Origin: Candidatus Firestoneibacteriota bacterium
Lineage (GTDB): Bacteria; Oederibacteriota; D2-FULL-39-29
Assembly: GCA_026388015.1 (NCBI GenBank)
Contig: JAPLKO010000059.1
Location: forward strand, 566-64,565
Direction of reading: 5' to 3'
Length of the DNA: 64,000 bases
The notes under the pieces were generated by a model. It was not told the DNA's origin. It was given only the letters and a program-made list of their open reading frames with translations, and made no database searches. Numbering within the stretch: position 1 is the stretch's first letter; each line of letters starts with the position of its first letter. Both the position numbers and the translations under genes were made by a program. Positions 52,180-61,759 of the stretch are shown here, in pieces.

Positions 52180-53205
52180 ATGGTGAAAGAGAAAAAAAGA
52201 AATACCGAGTATGTAAAAGAGAACTCTAAAAAAAAGCCTGAAAAGACAAAGGTGAAAAAAACTGTTGTCAAAAAACTAAAAGTAAAGAAAATGGCGGTGA
52301 TGCAAAAAAAAACTGAGGCAAAGCCGGCTAAAACTCCTGTTCGTGAAAACGCCCCGGTAAAAGAACCCGAGGTAAAATCTTCCCATCCTGCCCTGATTTA
52401 TAAAAAATATGACAATAAAATTACTGATTTTTACGGAGATACGCGCATTGTGCTCCTGCCGCGCGACGCTTATTGGCTTTTTGCCTATTGGGAAGTAGCT
52501 CTTCCCCGCTTTGAAGAAGCAAAACAGGAACTTGGAAAGGAATTTAAGGATTCCAGATCCGTACTCAGAGTCTATGAAGTTACAAATATAGATTTTAACG
52601 GGAGCAATGCGCATAATTATTTTGATATTACTCTTGAAACCCGGACAATCAGCAGTTACGTTAAAGTCCCTGCCCCGGAAAAGTCATGGATAGCTGCTCT
52701 CGGACTTCTTGCTCCTTCCGGGCGGTTCTTTATACTGACCGTCTCCAACTCAATGTCAACTCCCGGTGACGGTATCTCTGATTCTGATGAAGAAGAATGG
52801 CTGGATGCGTCGGAAGAGAGCAGGACGCGTATTACAAAGGTAAAAAAAGAAAAGGGCGGCGGGAGATCGGACGGGCTTTACGAAGAAGAACGCAGTTTTT
52901 TTTATTCTGTAGTAGGTTCCGCCGTGGAGAGCAGTTTATCCGGTACGGTAAAATACGAAAACAAACCTTCAGCCTTTTGGCTGAGAGTCGGGACTGAGCT
53001 CCTTGTTTACGGCGCCGCAGAACCCGGGGCAACGGTTGCCATAAACGGAACGCAAATTGCCTTAAATAAAGACGGCAGTTATAGCTCCCGGTTTGAGCTT
53101 GGCTCCGGAATGCACTTACTTGAAATTAGCGGAAGGTCCGCCAATAGTTTATATAAAAAAACCTTTCAAATAAAAGTTATACAAAATACCAGGAAGGTGG
53201 ATTAA
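52180..53205 (+). CDS. DUF4912-like protein, the usual partner of GH57 enzymes
   Basis: A highly basic K-rich N-terminus, then LLPRDAYWLFAYWEV, which I recall as the DUF4912 signature. The gene directly abuts the GH57 gene. Confidence 0.45.
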   Translation: MVKEKKRNTEYVKENSKKKPEKTKVKKTVVKKLKVKKMAVMQKKTEAKPAKTPVRENAPVKEPEVKSSHPALIYKKYDNKITDFYGDTRIVLLPRDAYWLFAYWEVALPRFEEAKQELGKEFKDSRSVLRVYEVTNIDFNGSNAHNYFDITLETRTISSYVKVPAPEKSWIAALGLLAPSGRFFILTVSNSMSTPGDGISDSDEEEWLDASEESRTRITKVKKEKGGGRSDGLYEEERSFFYSVVGSAVESSLSGTVKYENKPSAFWLRVGTELLVYGAAEPGATVAINGTQIALNKDGSYSSRFELGSGMHLLEISGRSANSLYKKTFQIKVIQNTRKVD

Positions 53206-54783
53206 ATGGCAAAAGGATATTTGGCCATAGTATTACACGCTCACCTGCCATATATCAGGCATCCCGAGCATAATGATTTTCTTGAAGAGGACTGGTTTTT
53301 TGAGGCTGTATTTGAGACGTATATTCCCTTGCTTCTGGTGTACGAGCGCCTGGTCGAAGACAATGTTGATTTCCGCATCACCATGTCGCTTACTCCGCCG
53401 CTTATTAATATGCTGACAGATCCGTTGCTTCAGGACAGGGCGCTGCGTCATATAGAAAAACTGATAGAGCTTTCTGAGAAAGAGTTACGGCGCACCGAGT
53501 TAGAGCCGCATTTTAATAATGTTGCCAAGATGTATAACTGGAAATTCAACGAGTATCGGGCTTACTTTTTAAAGTATAATAAAAATATAGTCGGCTGGTT
53601 TAAGAAATTCTCCGACCTCGGAAAACTTGAAATAATAACCTGCGGGGCCACGCACGGTTATCTTCCTTTAATGCGGGTAAACGAAAAGGCGGTCAGAGCG
53701 CAGATAAAAGTGGCGGTGGATTGCCATAAAAAACACCTCGGTAAACAGCCGAACGGCATCTGGCTTCCGGAGTGCGCTTATTATCCCGGGGTTGAAAAGA
53801 TTTTAAAGGAAAACGGCATTAATTATTTTTTTGTTGACTCGCACGGGTTGAATTATGCGAAACCAAAACCAAAATACGGTATCTTTGCTCCTGTTTTTAC
53901 GAAGAACGGGACAGCGGTGTTTGCCAGGGATGTTGAATCTTCAAAACAGGTCTGGAGTTCAAAAGAGGGTTACCCGGGAGATTTCTATTACAGAGAATTT
54001 TACCGGGATGCAGGTTTTGATCTGGACTATGAATATATTAGGCCCTATATCAACGCCGATGGGCTACGTACTTTTACGGGAATGAAATATTACAGGATTA
54101 CCGGTATTTCGGATTACAAAGAAGCTTATGATCCCTGGATTGCGAGCCATAAAGCTGCAGAGCACGCAGGGAATTTTCTCTTTAACCGTGAAAAACAAGT
54201 TGAGTACCTTGCCTCGCAGATGGACAGAAAGCCGGTGATTATGGCGCCTTATGACGCTGAACTTTACGGACACTGGTGGTATGAAGGTCCGCAGTTCTTG
54301 GATTTCTTTTTAAGAAAAGTTTATCATGATCAGGAGGTATTTAAAACAATAACTCCAAGCGAGTATCTTAGGGAGTATCCCACAAATCAGGTCTGTTCTC
54401 CCTGTGAATCCAGCTGGGGTTCCAAAGGCTGTCACGAGGTATGGCTTGAAAGCGGTAATGACTGGATTTACAGACATCTGCATAAAGCAGCGGATAGAAT
54501 GTGTGAAATGGCTGAAAGGTTTCCCGAAGCCGGAGGTCCGCTAAAACGCGCCTTGAATCAGATGGCAAGAGAGCTCTTACTTGCGCAAGCCTCAGATTGG
54601 GCTTTCATTATGAAGACCAGAACGAATGTAGGCTATGCCGTAAATGCGACAAAGGACCACCTTTCAAGGTTTACTAAACTTTATGAGGATATAATCAGTA
54701 ATTCTATAGATTTGCCCTGGCTTAACTGGATAGAGTATAAGGATAACATTTTCCCTGAGATAGATTACACTGTCTATCGATAG
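53206..54783 (+). CDS. Glycoside hydrolase family 57 protein (1,4-alpha-glucan branching enzyme type)
   Basis: MAKGYLAIVLHAHLPYIRHPEH…EDWFFEAVFETYIPLL is the GH57 N-terminal signature. Length 525 aa. Confidence 0.8.
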   Translation: MAKGYLAIVLHAHLPYIRHPEHNDFLEEDWFFEAVFETYIPLLLVYERLVEDNVDFRITMSLTPPLINMLTDPLLQDRALRHIEKLIELSEKELRRTELEPHFNNVAKMYNWKFNEYRAYFLKYNKNIVGWFKKFSDLGKLEIITCGATHGYLPLMRVNEKAVRAQIKVAVDCHKKHLGKQPNGIWLPECAYYPGVEKILKENGINYFFVDSHGLNYAKPKPKYGIFAPVFTKNGTAVFARDVESSKQVWSSKEGYPGDFYYREFYRDAGFDLDYEYIRPYINADGLRTFTGMKYYRITGISDYKEAYDPWIASHKAAEHAGNFLFNREKQVEYLASQMDRKPVIMAPYDAELYGHWWYEGPQFLDFFLRKVYHDQEVFKTITPSEYLREYPTNQVCSPCESSWGSKGCHEVWLESGNDWIYRHLHKAADRMCEMAERFPEAGGPLKRALNQMARELLLAQASDWAFIMKTRTNVGYAVNATKDHLSRFTKLYEDIISNSIDLPWLNWIEYKDNIFPEIDYTVYR

Positions 54784-55024
54784 GAAGAAAGTAAAGCTTC
54801 CCGTAAGGTTTTGAAGCAGTTATTCTAAGTAAACCCGTTTATTTTCAATGTCTCATCTGATTTTATCCTGAAAAAACTCAAGAAAAACACACTTTATGTA
54901 AGAAAAATCCCCTGTGAAAACGTCTAACCAAATGTGACAAAAAGCTTTGTATTTAAATGGTAAAATGAATAGACATTGTACTGCTTTTTTGTTAGTATAA
55001 ATTTAGCAAAATTTAACTGTCGAG

Positions 55025-56095
55025 GTGCAAATGAAAAGAATAATATCTGTGCTAATGTGCATATTCTTCCTATCAATTCCCGTCCAGGGTAAAACTCAAA
55101 AAGAAGCAGTTGACGCCGGAATCAAGTGGCTTAAAGCCACACAGATGGCGGACGGCTCATTTATGCAGTATCCTGCTGTCACGGCGCTTTGTGTTTCTTC
55201 TATGATAAGGAATGGCGTATCTGCAAATGATCCTTCTGTGGTCAAAGGTGTTGAGTTTATTCTAAAGTGCGTTCAACCGGACGGCTCTATTGCCGTGGAT
55301 AAGATGGGATGTTACAACACTTCTATATGTATAATGGCGCTTGCGGATACCAAAGATCCTAAGCATGCAAAAACAATCGAGAAAGCCAGAGAGTGGCTTA
55401 AGAAAACTCAGGTGGGAAATCTTGATAGGGTGGAGTCCTCCGATAAATTCTACGGCGGGATAGGTTATGACAGTAAAATGAAACCGGATCTTTCCAATCT
55501 TCAGCATGCTATTGAAGCTTTGGCTGCTTCGTCTTGCAGTGAGAATATGTATTTGGCTTCGGAGTCCGTAAAAAAGACTGATGCCGAAGCTTTTGAGCGG
55601 GCGATATTTTTTCTTTCGAGATGCCAGAACAAACAAGGTACGAATGATCAGAAATGGGCGGGAACAGACGGAGGTTTTATTTATTCACCGGATGGCGAGA
55701 GCAAAGCTAAGGGGACGATATCTTATGGCAGTATGACTTACGCCGGACTCAAAAGTTTTATATACTGCAATGTGGAAAGGACTGACAGCCGTGTTGTGGC
55801 GGCGTACGACTGGATAAAAAATAATTATAATTTGAATGAAAACCCGAAAATGGGAGCACAGGGACTCTACTATTACTACCACACTTTTGCTAAGGCTCTT
55901 AATTTAATGGGGGACAAGAGTATAAAGGACGGAACAGGCAAGGAGCATCTCTGGGCAAAAGAGCTGTCCGAAAAAGTAATATCCCTGCAGAAGCCGGAAG
56001 GATTCTGGGCCAATGATGCGGACAGGTGGTGGGAGAGCAAGAAAGAGCTGGCCACGGCTTATGGACTTCTTACCTTGAGTTATTGCGCAGAATAA
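55025..56095 (+). CDS. Secreted prenyltransferase/squalene-oxidase-repeat (terpene-cyclase-like alpha/alpha toroid) protein
   Basis: Signal peptide and repeated QxxDGSF/QPDGSI/QNKQGT…DGGF motifs, 356 aa. Confidence 0.6.
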   Translation: MQMKRIISVLMCIFFLSIPVQGKTQKEAVDAGIKWLKATQMADGSFMQYPAVTALCVSSMIRNGVSANDPSVVKGVEFILKCVQPDGSIAVDKMGCYNTSICIMALADTKDPKHAKTIEKAREWLKKTQVGNLDRVESSDKFYGGIGYDSKMKPDLSNLQHAIEALAASSCSENMYLASESVKKTDAEAFERAIFFLSRCQNKQGTNDQKWAGTDGGFIYSPDGESKAKGTISYGSMTYAGLKSFIYCNVERTDSRVVAAYDWIKNNYNLNENPKMGAQGLYYYYHTFAKALNLMGDKSIKDGTGKEHLWAKELSEKVISLQKPEGFWANDADRWWESKKELATAYGLLTLSYCAE

Positions 56096-56215
56096 CAAAG
56101 GAACATTTTAAAAAGAAAGGAGCTTGCTATCAGAACGCTACCGGTAGTCGGGATTCTATTAATAACATTAGCGCTTCCTTGTTTATTATTTTCTGAGGCG
56201 TATATACCTAAATCT

Positions 56216-59200
56216 ATGTTAGCCCAGCCTTTATTTATTGACGCCGATAAAACCCTGAAAGATTTTGATATTCGGGTTTCAGATAATGATTTAGAGGGAG
56301 CTGTGAAGCTTTTACAGGAAAGTATAGACAAAGGCGGCGCTTTAGTTATAAGAAACGGAGTAACGTATGAGTTTAACTCTGCAAGAAGCACGTTTGCTTC
56401 AAAACTTCTCAGTTCGGATATAAAGGTTTTATCAGCGTATCGCACGCTGTTTGATCCTTCCGCCGAAGAGCTTTTTAATAAAGGTGCAGCAAATTTTGAC
56501 AAAACGCCGCTTCTGGAGCTTCTTGATGTATATGGCGCCTCTTCCTTTGCGTCAAATGCAAAAAGGACGCTTGGAGACTACTTTTTTATGGACGGTGAGT
56601 TCGGTTCAGCCTATCAGTATTATACCCTGTCCGGGGATAAGAATAAGTTAACCCTGTTTAAAACCGCTGTCTGTCTTGAAAAAATGGAAAATTTCAAAGA
56701 AGCGGAGAGCATCTATACCGAACTTATAAAAAAATATCCGGAAGAGATTTTTACGATAGGAGGCTCCGAGCAAGCTCTAAAATACATGGTATCCGAAAGA
56801 ATTAATAAAATACCTGCAGAAAAAAGATTGTTTAAAAATCCTTCTAACATTTCCAAGGCATCGGTAAAATGGGAAGCGCTTGAACTGTCAAGTAACTCTT
56901 TTGAAAGAAGTGATCCGGTTGTAACCGGAGAAAATATTTATATATCCTCTGGTAAAACCCTTTATGCGCTTGGAAAGGATTGGGGAAATATTATCTGGAG
57001 TCTTCCTCAGCCTGAAGCTGCAAAAGGGGTGCTTGTTGAAGGTTTAAACAGAAGAAAACAGGAAACTGTGCTTGAAGTTCAATTTTCTCCAGCACTTTGC
57101 GGGACAGGGGTGACGTATGATTCAGAGCTGCTTGCGGTTAGGTATTTTTTTTCGGGAATAGCCTACGGAGTTCTGGAAGCAAAAACCGGGAAAATAATAA
57201 ACTCTTTTTCCGAGAATAGACAGCCTGCGGTTGTAGTCGTAAATAAAAATAGTAAACCCTCTAAAAACATCAAAAATATAATAATGGAAAAAGAAGAGAT
57301 TGAACCTGTGAATGCCTCCGCAAAGATAGATTATACGGCAAGTCATTCTCTTCTCGCCCAGGAAAAAGAGGATGTATATATGGGTATCCTTTCGACCAAA
57401 GGTTACTATCTGGTTAAATCCTCAAGAGGAAAAAAGGATTTTATCTGGTCGGTACTGCTTGGCAGCGGAGAACAGGAAGAGTACAAGTTTGTTAATGCTC
57501 CGGCTCCTCTGGTCAGTCTTTCCGAGGTGTTTATTGAAACAAACCAATTTACTGTAGCCTGTGTGGATAAAACCACCGGAATACTAAAATGGAGTTACGG
57601 GACTGCGCTGGATGATAAATCGGTCGGGAACAGGTTCAGCGAGCAGGAACCGCCTTATAAAAATATGCTAGCGGATAGAACAGCTCTGTATTATGCTCCA
57701 AAACACAGTGAGGTTATTACGGCGCTTTCCAGACTCACCGGGTCAAAGATTTGGGAAGTCAAGAGAACCCGGAATGAACGCTTGATATTTGAAGCAGGCG
57801 ATTTCTTTTATACGTCTGATTTTTTAGGAATAAATAAAATACTAAAAGCTGACGGGAAAAGAACGGTTATTTTCAAAACGGCCGCAGTGGGGCGTACCGG
57901 AAAAGTTGCCTATCTTGACGGCTGGTTTTACTTTCCTTCCGGGAAAAGCATTTTCATGACGGATCTTTCCGGTGTGGTGCTCAAAGAGTTCAAACTGGAT
58001 ATTTTACTCTGCGAGGTATTCCCTTTAAAAGAAGGTGTGCTGGCCGTTTGTAATAACAGACTGGTGTATCTTCAGGATAAAGAGCGGTGTCTCGAAGCTT
58101 TTTCAAAAGTAAGACCCGGAGATTCTAATTATGCCGCGGCAGCTATAGCGAGCGCTTTGCTTCTTCCCCCGGATAAAGAAGGCCGGCTGACAAATACTCT
58201 TGAAGAGTTAAAAAGGCTCAAAAAAACTTTAACCGGCGACGCTCAAATAAAAAAAGTGGAAATCAAACTGAACGATATTGCTCTTTCCCTTGCCAGAAGC
58301 TATTATAATCAAGGTGATTATCCGGGTTGTAAAGAGCTTCTTGAGGAGTTATCAGAGAATAGTGAAGAAGGAAAGAGCGCCGTGAACCTCGGGGTGGTCT
58401 GGATGCTTCTGAAATGCTATGAAATGACAAAAGATCCGAAAACCGCTGCTTACAGTCAAAAAATAATTAAGGAGTATGGGACCTCATACTTTGAGCCGGA
58501 AGAAAAACTTAAAATAAGTGTTGAATACTACAACAGAGTAATGCAAAGCGGTGCTAGAGAACGCTTCGCCGATGCAGCTCAGATGCCGAAGAACACCTTT
58601 AATTTGAGAGTACCTTTGTTTCGTGGGACAAAGACTAATAATCATGTAAGTGACTACCCGCCGGTTATTTCGGCCAACACTCTTTTCACCACGGATGGCG
58701 CTTTCTTTACCGCGCAGGATCTTGTTACTTACGGGTTTTCCAGGCTAAAAGGAGACTTTAACAAGAAAAAGCTTAACACAATCAATTATGGAGCTTATGG
58801 TTTTTATCCGGGGTCTACGGCCGGCGATACTGAGTGTGTATATTTTTGCGGGCCGAATTTTAATATTTTCGGTTTGGATCCGAAATCTTTTGAATTAAAA
58901 TTTGACTGGAAACCGGAAAAGGATATGCCCAACTCTTTTCTCCCCTACGATATAAAGGTCACTAAAAATCTTATTATTCTTTATGACCCGGCAACCGGGT
59001 TCTTTGCCATAGACCGGGAAAAAGGCAGGCTGATTTACGAGCTAAAAGGCGAGTTTTACCGGCCGTCTTTTTATAAAGATGCTTTTTATGCGGTGCGGAA
59101 AGAAAATATGGTGCTTTCTTGTTTTGAAGCCACAACCGGATTTACACGCTGGAACCTGGATCTTAGAATAATAGGGCAGAGTCTTCAACTCTTGCAGGAT

Positions 59201-59803
59201 GATTTTTACCTGTACGTAATTACGGAAGAAGGGATTATTTATAAAGTGAGCAACGGCGGTGTTCTGGCGGCCTCAAAAAGAGTCGGCAGCGGCAAAGCGG
59301 ATCTTATGCCTTCGTTTTTATCCGACAGTAACATTTATATGAATACGGGACGGGTTATCAGCTGCGTGAGCAAGGCCACTCTTGAGAACAAATGGACGAG
59401 GGACACTTATATTGATATTGTAACGGAAGTAAAAAAGAGTAATAAAAAAGGCGTTGCTCCGGTTGTTACGGTCAAGAAAGTGGAAAAACCCCTTATAGGT
59501 CAATTCCCTGTTGAGAGTCTCTTTCAAACAGGTAAAAAGCTTTTGATATTTTATGGTAGATTTGTTGATGTGTGCGATCCCGATACAGGAAAAGTTGAGT
59601 ATTCGGAAACTCAATTGTTCGGAAATGCACAAGGTACGGTGCTGCGAATCCTGCAGTATAACGGTAAACTTATTCTCATGAAAGGAATAATGACGATATG
59701 TCTTCAGCCGGGGGAGTCTATTCCTGCAGCAGTAATAGAAAAAAATAACAAAAAAGATAACAAGAAGGAAAATAAGAAAAAAGAAAAGAAAAAAAATAAA
59801 TAA
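56216..59803 (+). CDS. Giant multi-PQQ/BamB-like beta-propeller repeat protein with an N-terminal TPR-like region and a poly-lysine C-terminal tail
   Basis: Many PQQ-type repeats (…GKTLYALGKDWGNIIWSL, VACVDKTTGILKWSY, LSRLTGSKIWEV, EATTGFTRWNL, SKATLENKWT). The C-terminus is KNNKKDNKKENKKKEKKKNK. A signal-peptide-like stretch is encoded in frame upstream of the annotated ATG. Confidence 0.55.
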   Translation: MLAQPLFIDADKTLKDFDIRVSDNDLEGAVKLLQESIDKGGALVIRNGVTYEFNSARSTFASKLLSSDIKVLSAYRTLFDPSAEELFNKGAANFDKTPLLELLDVYGASSFASNAKRTLGDYFFMDGEFGSAYQYYTLSGDKNKLTLFKTAVCLEKMENFKEAESIYTELIKKYPEEIFTIGGSEQALKYMVSERINKIPAEKRLFKNPSNISKASVKWEALELSSNSFERSDPVVTGENIYISSGKTLYALGKDWGNIIWSLPQPEAAKGVLVEGLNRRKQETVLEVQFSPALCGTGVTYDSELLAVRYFFSGIAYGVLEAKTGKIINSFSENRQPAVVVVNKNSKPSKNIKNIIMEKEEIEPVNASAKIDYTASHSLLAQEKEDVYMGILSTKGYYLVKSSRGKKDFIWSVLLGSGEQEEYKFVNAPAPLVSLSEVFIETNQFTVACVDKTTGILKWSYGTALDDKSVGNRFSEQEPPYKNMLADRTALYYAPKHSEVITALSRLTGSKIWEVKRTRNERLIFEAGDFFYTSDFLGINKILKADGKRTVIFKTAAVGRTGKVAYLDGWFYFPSGKSIFMTDLSGVVLKEFKLDILLCEVFPLKEGVLAVCNNRLVYLQDKERCLEAFSKVRPGDSNYAAAAIASALLLPPDKEGRLTNTLEELKRLKKTLTGDAQIKKVEIKLNDIALSLARSYYNQGDYPGCKELLEELSENSEEGKSAVNLGVVWMLLKCYEMTKDPKTAAYSQKIIKEYGTSYFEPEEKLKISVEYYNRVMQSGARERFADAAQMPKNTFNLRVPLFRGTKTNNHVSDYPPVISANTLFTTDGAFFTAQDLVTYGFSRLKGDFNKKKLNTINYGAYGFYPGSTAGDTECVYFCGPNFNIFGLDPKSFELKFDWKPEKDMPNSFLPYDIKVTKNLIILYDPATGFFAIDREKGRLIYELKGEFYRPSFYKDAFYAVRKENMVLSCFEATTGFTRWNLDLRIIGQSLQLLQDDFYLYVITEEGIIYKVSNGGVLAASKRVGSGKADLMPSFLSDSNIYMNTGRVISCVSKATLENKWTRDTYIDIVTEVKKSNKKGVAPVVTVKKVEKPLIGQFPVESLFQTGKKLLIFYGRFVDVCDPDTGKVEYSETQLFGNAQGTVLRILQYNGKLILMKGIMTICLQPGESIPAAVIEKNNKKDNKKENKKKEKKKNK

Positions 59804-59815
59804 ACAGGAGGCATT

Positions 59816-60832
59816 ATGGCAGATAGCAAAGAGTTGACTAAAAACGATATTGCCTGCGTCGAAGATATCAAGTCGGCGCATGCAAGGGTGAAAACCGAAC
59901 TGGCCAAGGTGATAGTCGGTCAGGATAAGGTCATTGACGAGCTTCTTATATGTATTTTTGCGAGAGGTCACGTGCTCCTTGAAGGTGTCCCCGGTCTGGC
60001 AAAAACACTCCTGATCAGCACTTTATCAAGAGTGCTTTCCATAAAATTCAACAGGATTCAGTTTACCCCGGATCTAATGCCTTCTGATATTACCGGCACA
60101 GAGGTTATCTCCGAGGATAAAATTACCAAGGAGAGGGAGTTTAGATTCTTGCAGGGGCCAATTTTTTCTAATATTGTACTCGCGGATGAAATCAACCGCG
60201 CCCCGCCGAAAACCCAGGCCGCGCTTCTTGAGGCGATGCAGGAGCACAAGGTTTCAGTAGGCGGAAAATCTTACACCCTGCAGGAACCGTTCTTTGTTCT
60301 GGCCACGCAAAATCCCGTAGAGCAGGAAGGTACTTATCCCCTGCCCGAGGCCCAGCTGGACCGATTTATGTTTAAAGCGCAGGTGGATTATCCTTCAGCG
60401 GAGGAGGAAGTTAAAGTTATGAGAAACACTACCTCCGGGGAAAAACCGAAGCTTAATCCGGTACTAACCGGCGAGCAGATAATTGCTTTCCAGGATATAG
60501 TCCGAAAAGTTCCTATAGCAGACCATGTAATAAAATATGCGTACAATATTGTCAGATCCACCCGTCCGATAGGAGAAAAGATACCTGATTTTATAAAAGA
60601 ATATGTAAGCTGGGGCGCCGGTCCCCGTGCGGGACAGTATCTTCTTCTCGGAGGCAAAGCCAGAGCTATTCTTATGGGACAGCCTTATGTTTCCTGTGAT
60701 GATATTGAAGCAGTGGCGTATGCAGTACTTCGGCACAGGATTCTTCTTAACTTTACGGCGGAGTCAGAGGGTATAACTACGGATGAGATTATTAAAAGAA
60801 TACTGACTTCCATATCAAAGACTACAAAATAA
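59816..60832 (+). CDS. MoxR-family AAA+ ATPase
   Basis: Walker [12 protein letters not shown] and the MoxR-type arrangement, 338 aa. Confidence 0.85.
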   Translation: MADSKELTKNDIACVEDIKSAHARVKTELAKVIVGQDKVIDELLICIFARGHVLLEGVPGLAKTLLISTLSRVLSIKFNRIQFTPDLMPSDITGTEVISEDKITKEREFRFLQGPIFSNIVLADEINRAPPKTQAALLEAMQEHKVSVGGKSYTLQEPFFVLATQNPVEQEGTYPLPEAQLDRFMFKAQVDYPSAEEEVKVMRNTTSGEKPKLNPVLTGEQIIAFQDIVRKVPIADHVIKYAYNIVRSTRPIGEKIPDFIKEYVSWGAGPRAGQYLLLGGKARAILMGQPYVSCDDIEAVAYAVLRHRILLNFTAESEGITTDEIIKRILTSISKTTK

Positions 60833-60859
60833 GAAGCTTCCAAAGTTAAAAGGAAACAG

Positions 60860-61759
60860 ATGACGGAGATCTATAAAAAATATTTTAATCCCAAAATACT
60901 AAGCCGTGTTGCCGCGCTGGAACTCAAAGCGCGACAGGTGGTGGCAGGTATTGTGAGCGGACTGCATAAAAGTCCGTATCACGGTATTTCTGTTGAGTTT
61001 GCCCGGCACCGGGAGTATGTGCAGGGGGATGAAATAAGACATATTGACTGGAGAGTTTACGCCAGGTCCGACAGGTTCTATATTAAGCAGTACGAAGAAG
61101 AAACCAATATGCGTTGTTATGTAATGCTTGATACCAGCGAATCTATGCTTTATAAAAGCAAAAAAACCACCAAGCTGGAATACGGCTCGCTCCTGGCGGC
61201 TTCTTTGAGTTATCTTCTTTTACAGCAGCGGGATTCCTGCGGGCTGGTTACTTTTGATGATCAGGTAAAAAGTTATATTCCTCCGAGGAACAATCCGAAG
61301 CATTTTAGACTTATGCTTAGAGAACTGGAGCTGGCAAAACCGGGTATGAAAACGGATATAGGCAAGATCTTTCACGATATGGCGGAGAGAATCAAAAAAA
61401 GGGGTTTGGTGATAATTATATCCGATCTCTTCTCTGATATCGAAACCACTATGAAGGGTCTGGCGCATTTTAAACACAGAAGACACGAGGTTATAGTATT
61501 TCATATTCTTGACAGAGCCGAAATTACTTTTCCTTTCCGTGATATGACGCTTTTTAAGGGGTTGGAAGGAAAAGGGGATGTGCTTGCCGAAGCCTGGTCG
61601 CTTAGGGACGGTTATCTTGAAAACTTTAAAAAATTCGAAGAAGCTCTTAAAGGCGGTTGTCTCGGAAAAAAGATTGATTATGTGCAGATGATTACGGATG
61701 AACCGATAGATTTGAAGCTTAGCAAGTATCTTACGGCAAGAATAGGAAGGCGGAAATAA
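60860..61759 (+). CDS. DUF58 (VWA-like) protein, MoxR partner
   Basis: IDWRVYARSDRFYIKQYEEETN is the DUF58 signature. The gene sits between moxR and the VWA gene. Confidence 0.75.
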   Translation: MTEIYKKYFNPKILSRVAALELKARQVVAGIVSGLHKSPYHGISVEFARHREYVQGDEIRHIDWRVYARSDRFYIKQYEEETNMRCYVMLDTSESMLYKSKKTTKLEYGSLLAASLSYLLLQQRDSCGLVTFDDQVKSYIPPRNNPKHFRLMLRELELAKPGMKTDIGKIFHDMAERIKKRGLVIIISDLFSDIETTMKGLAHFKHRRHEVIVFHILDRAEITFPFRDMTLFKGLEGKGDVLAEAWSLRDGYLENFKKFEEALKGGCLGKKIDYVQMITDEPIDLKLSKYLTARIGRRK

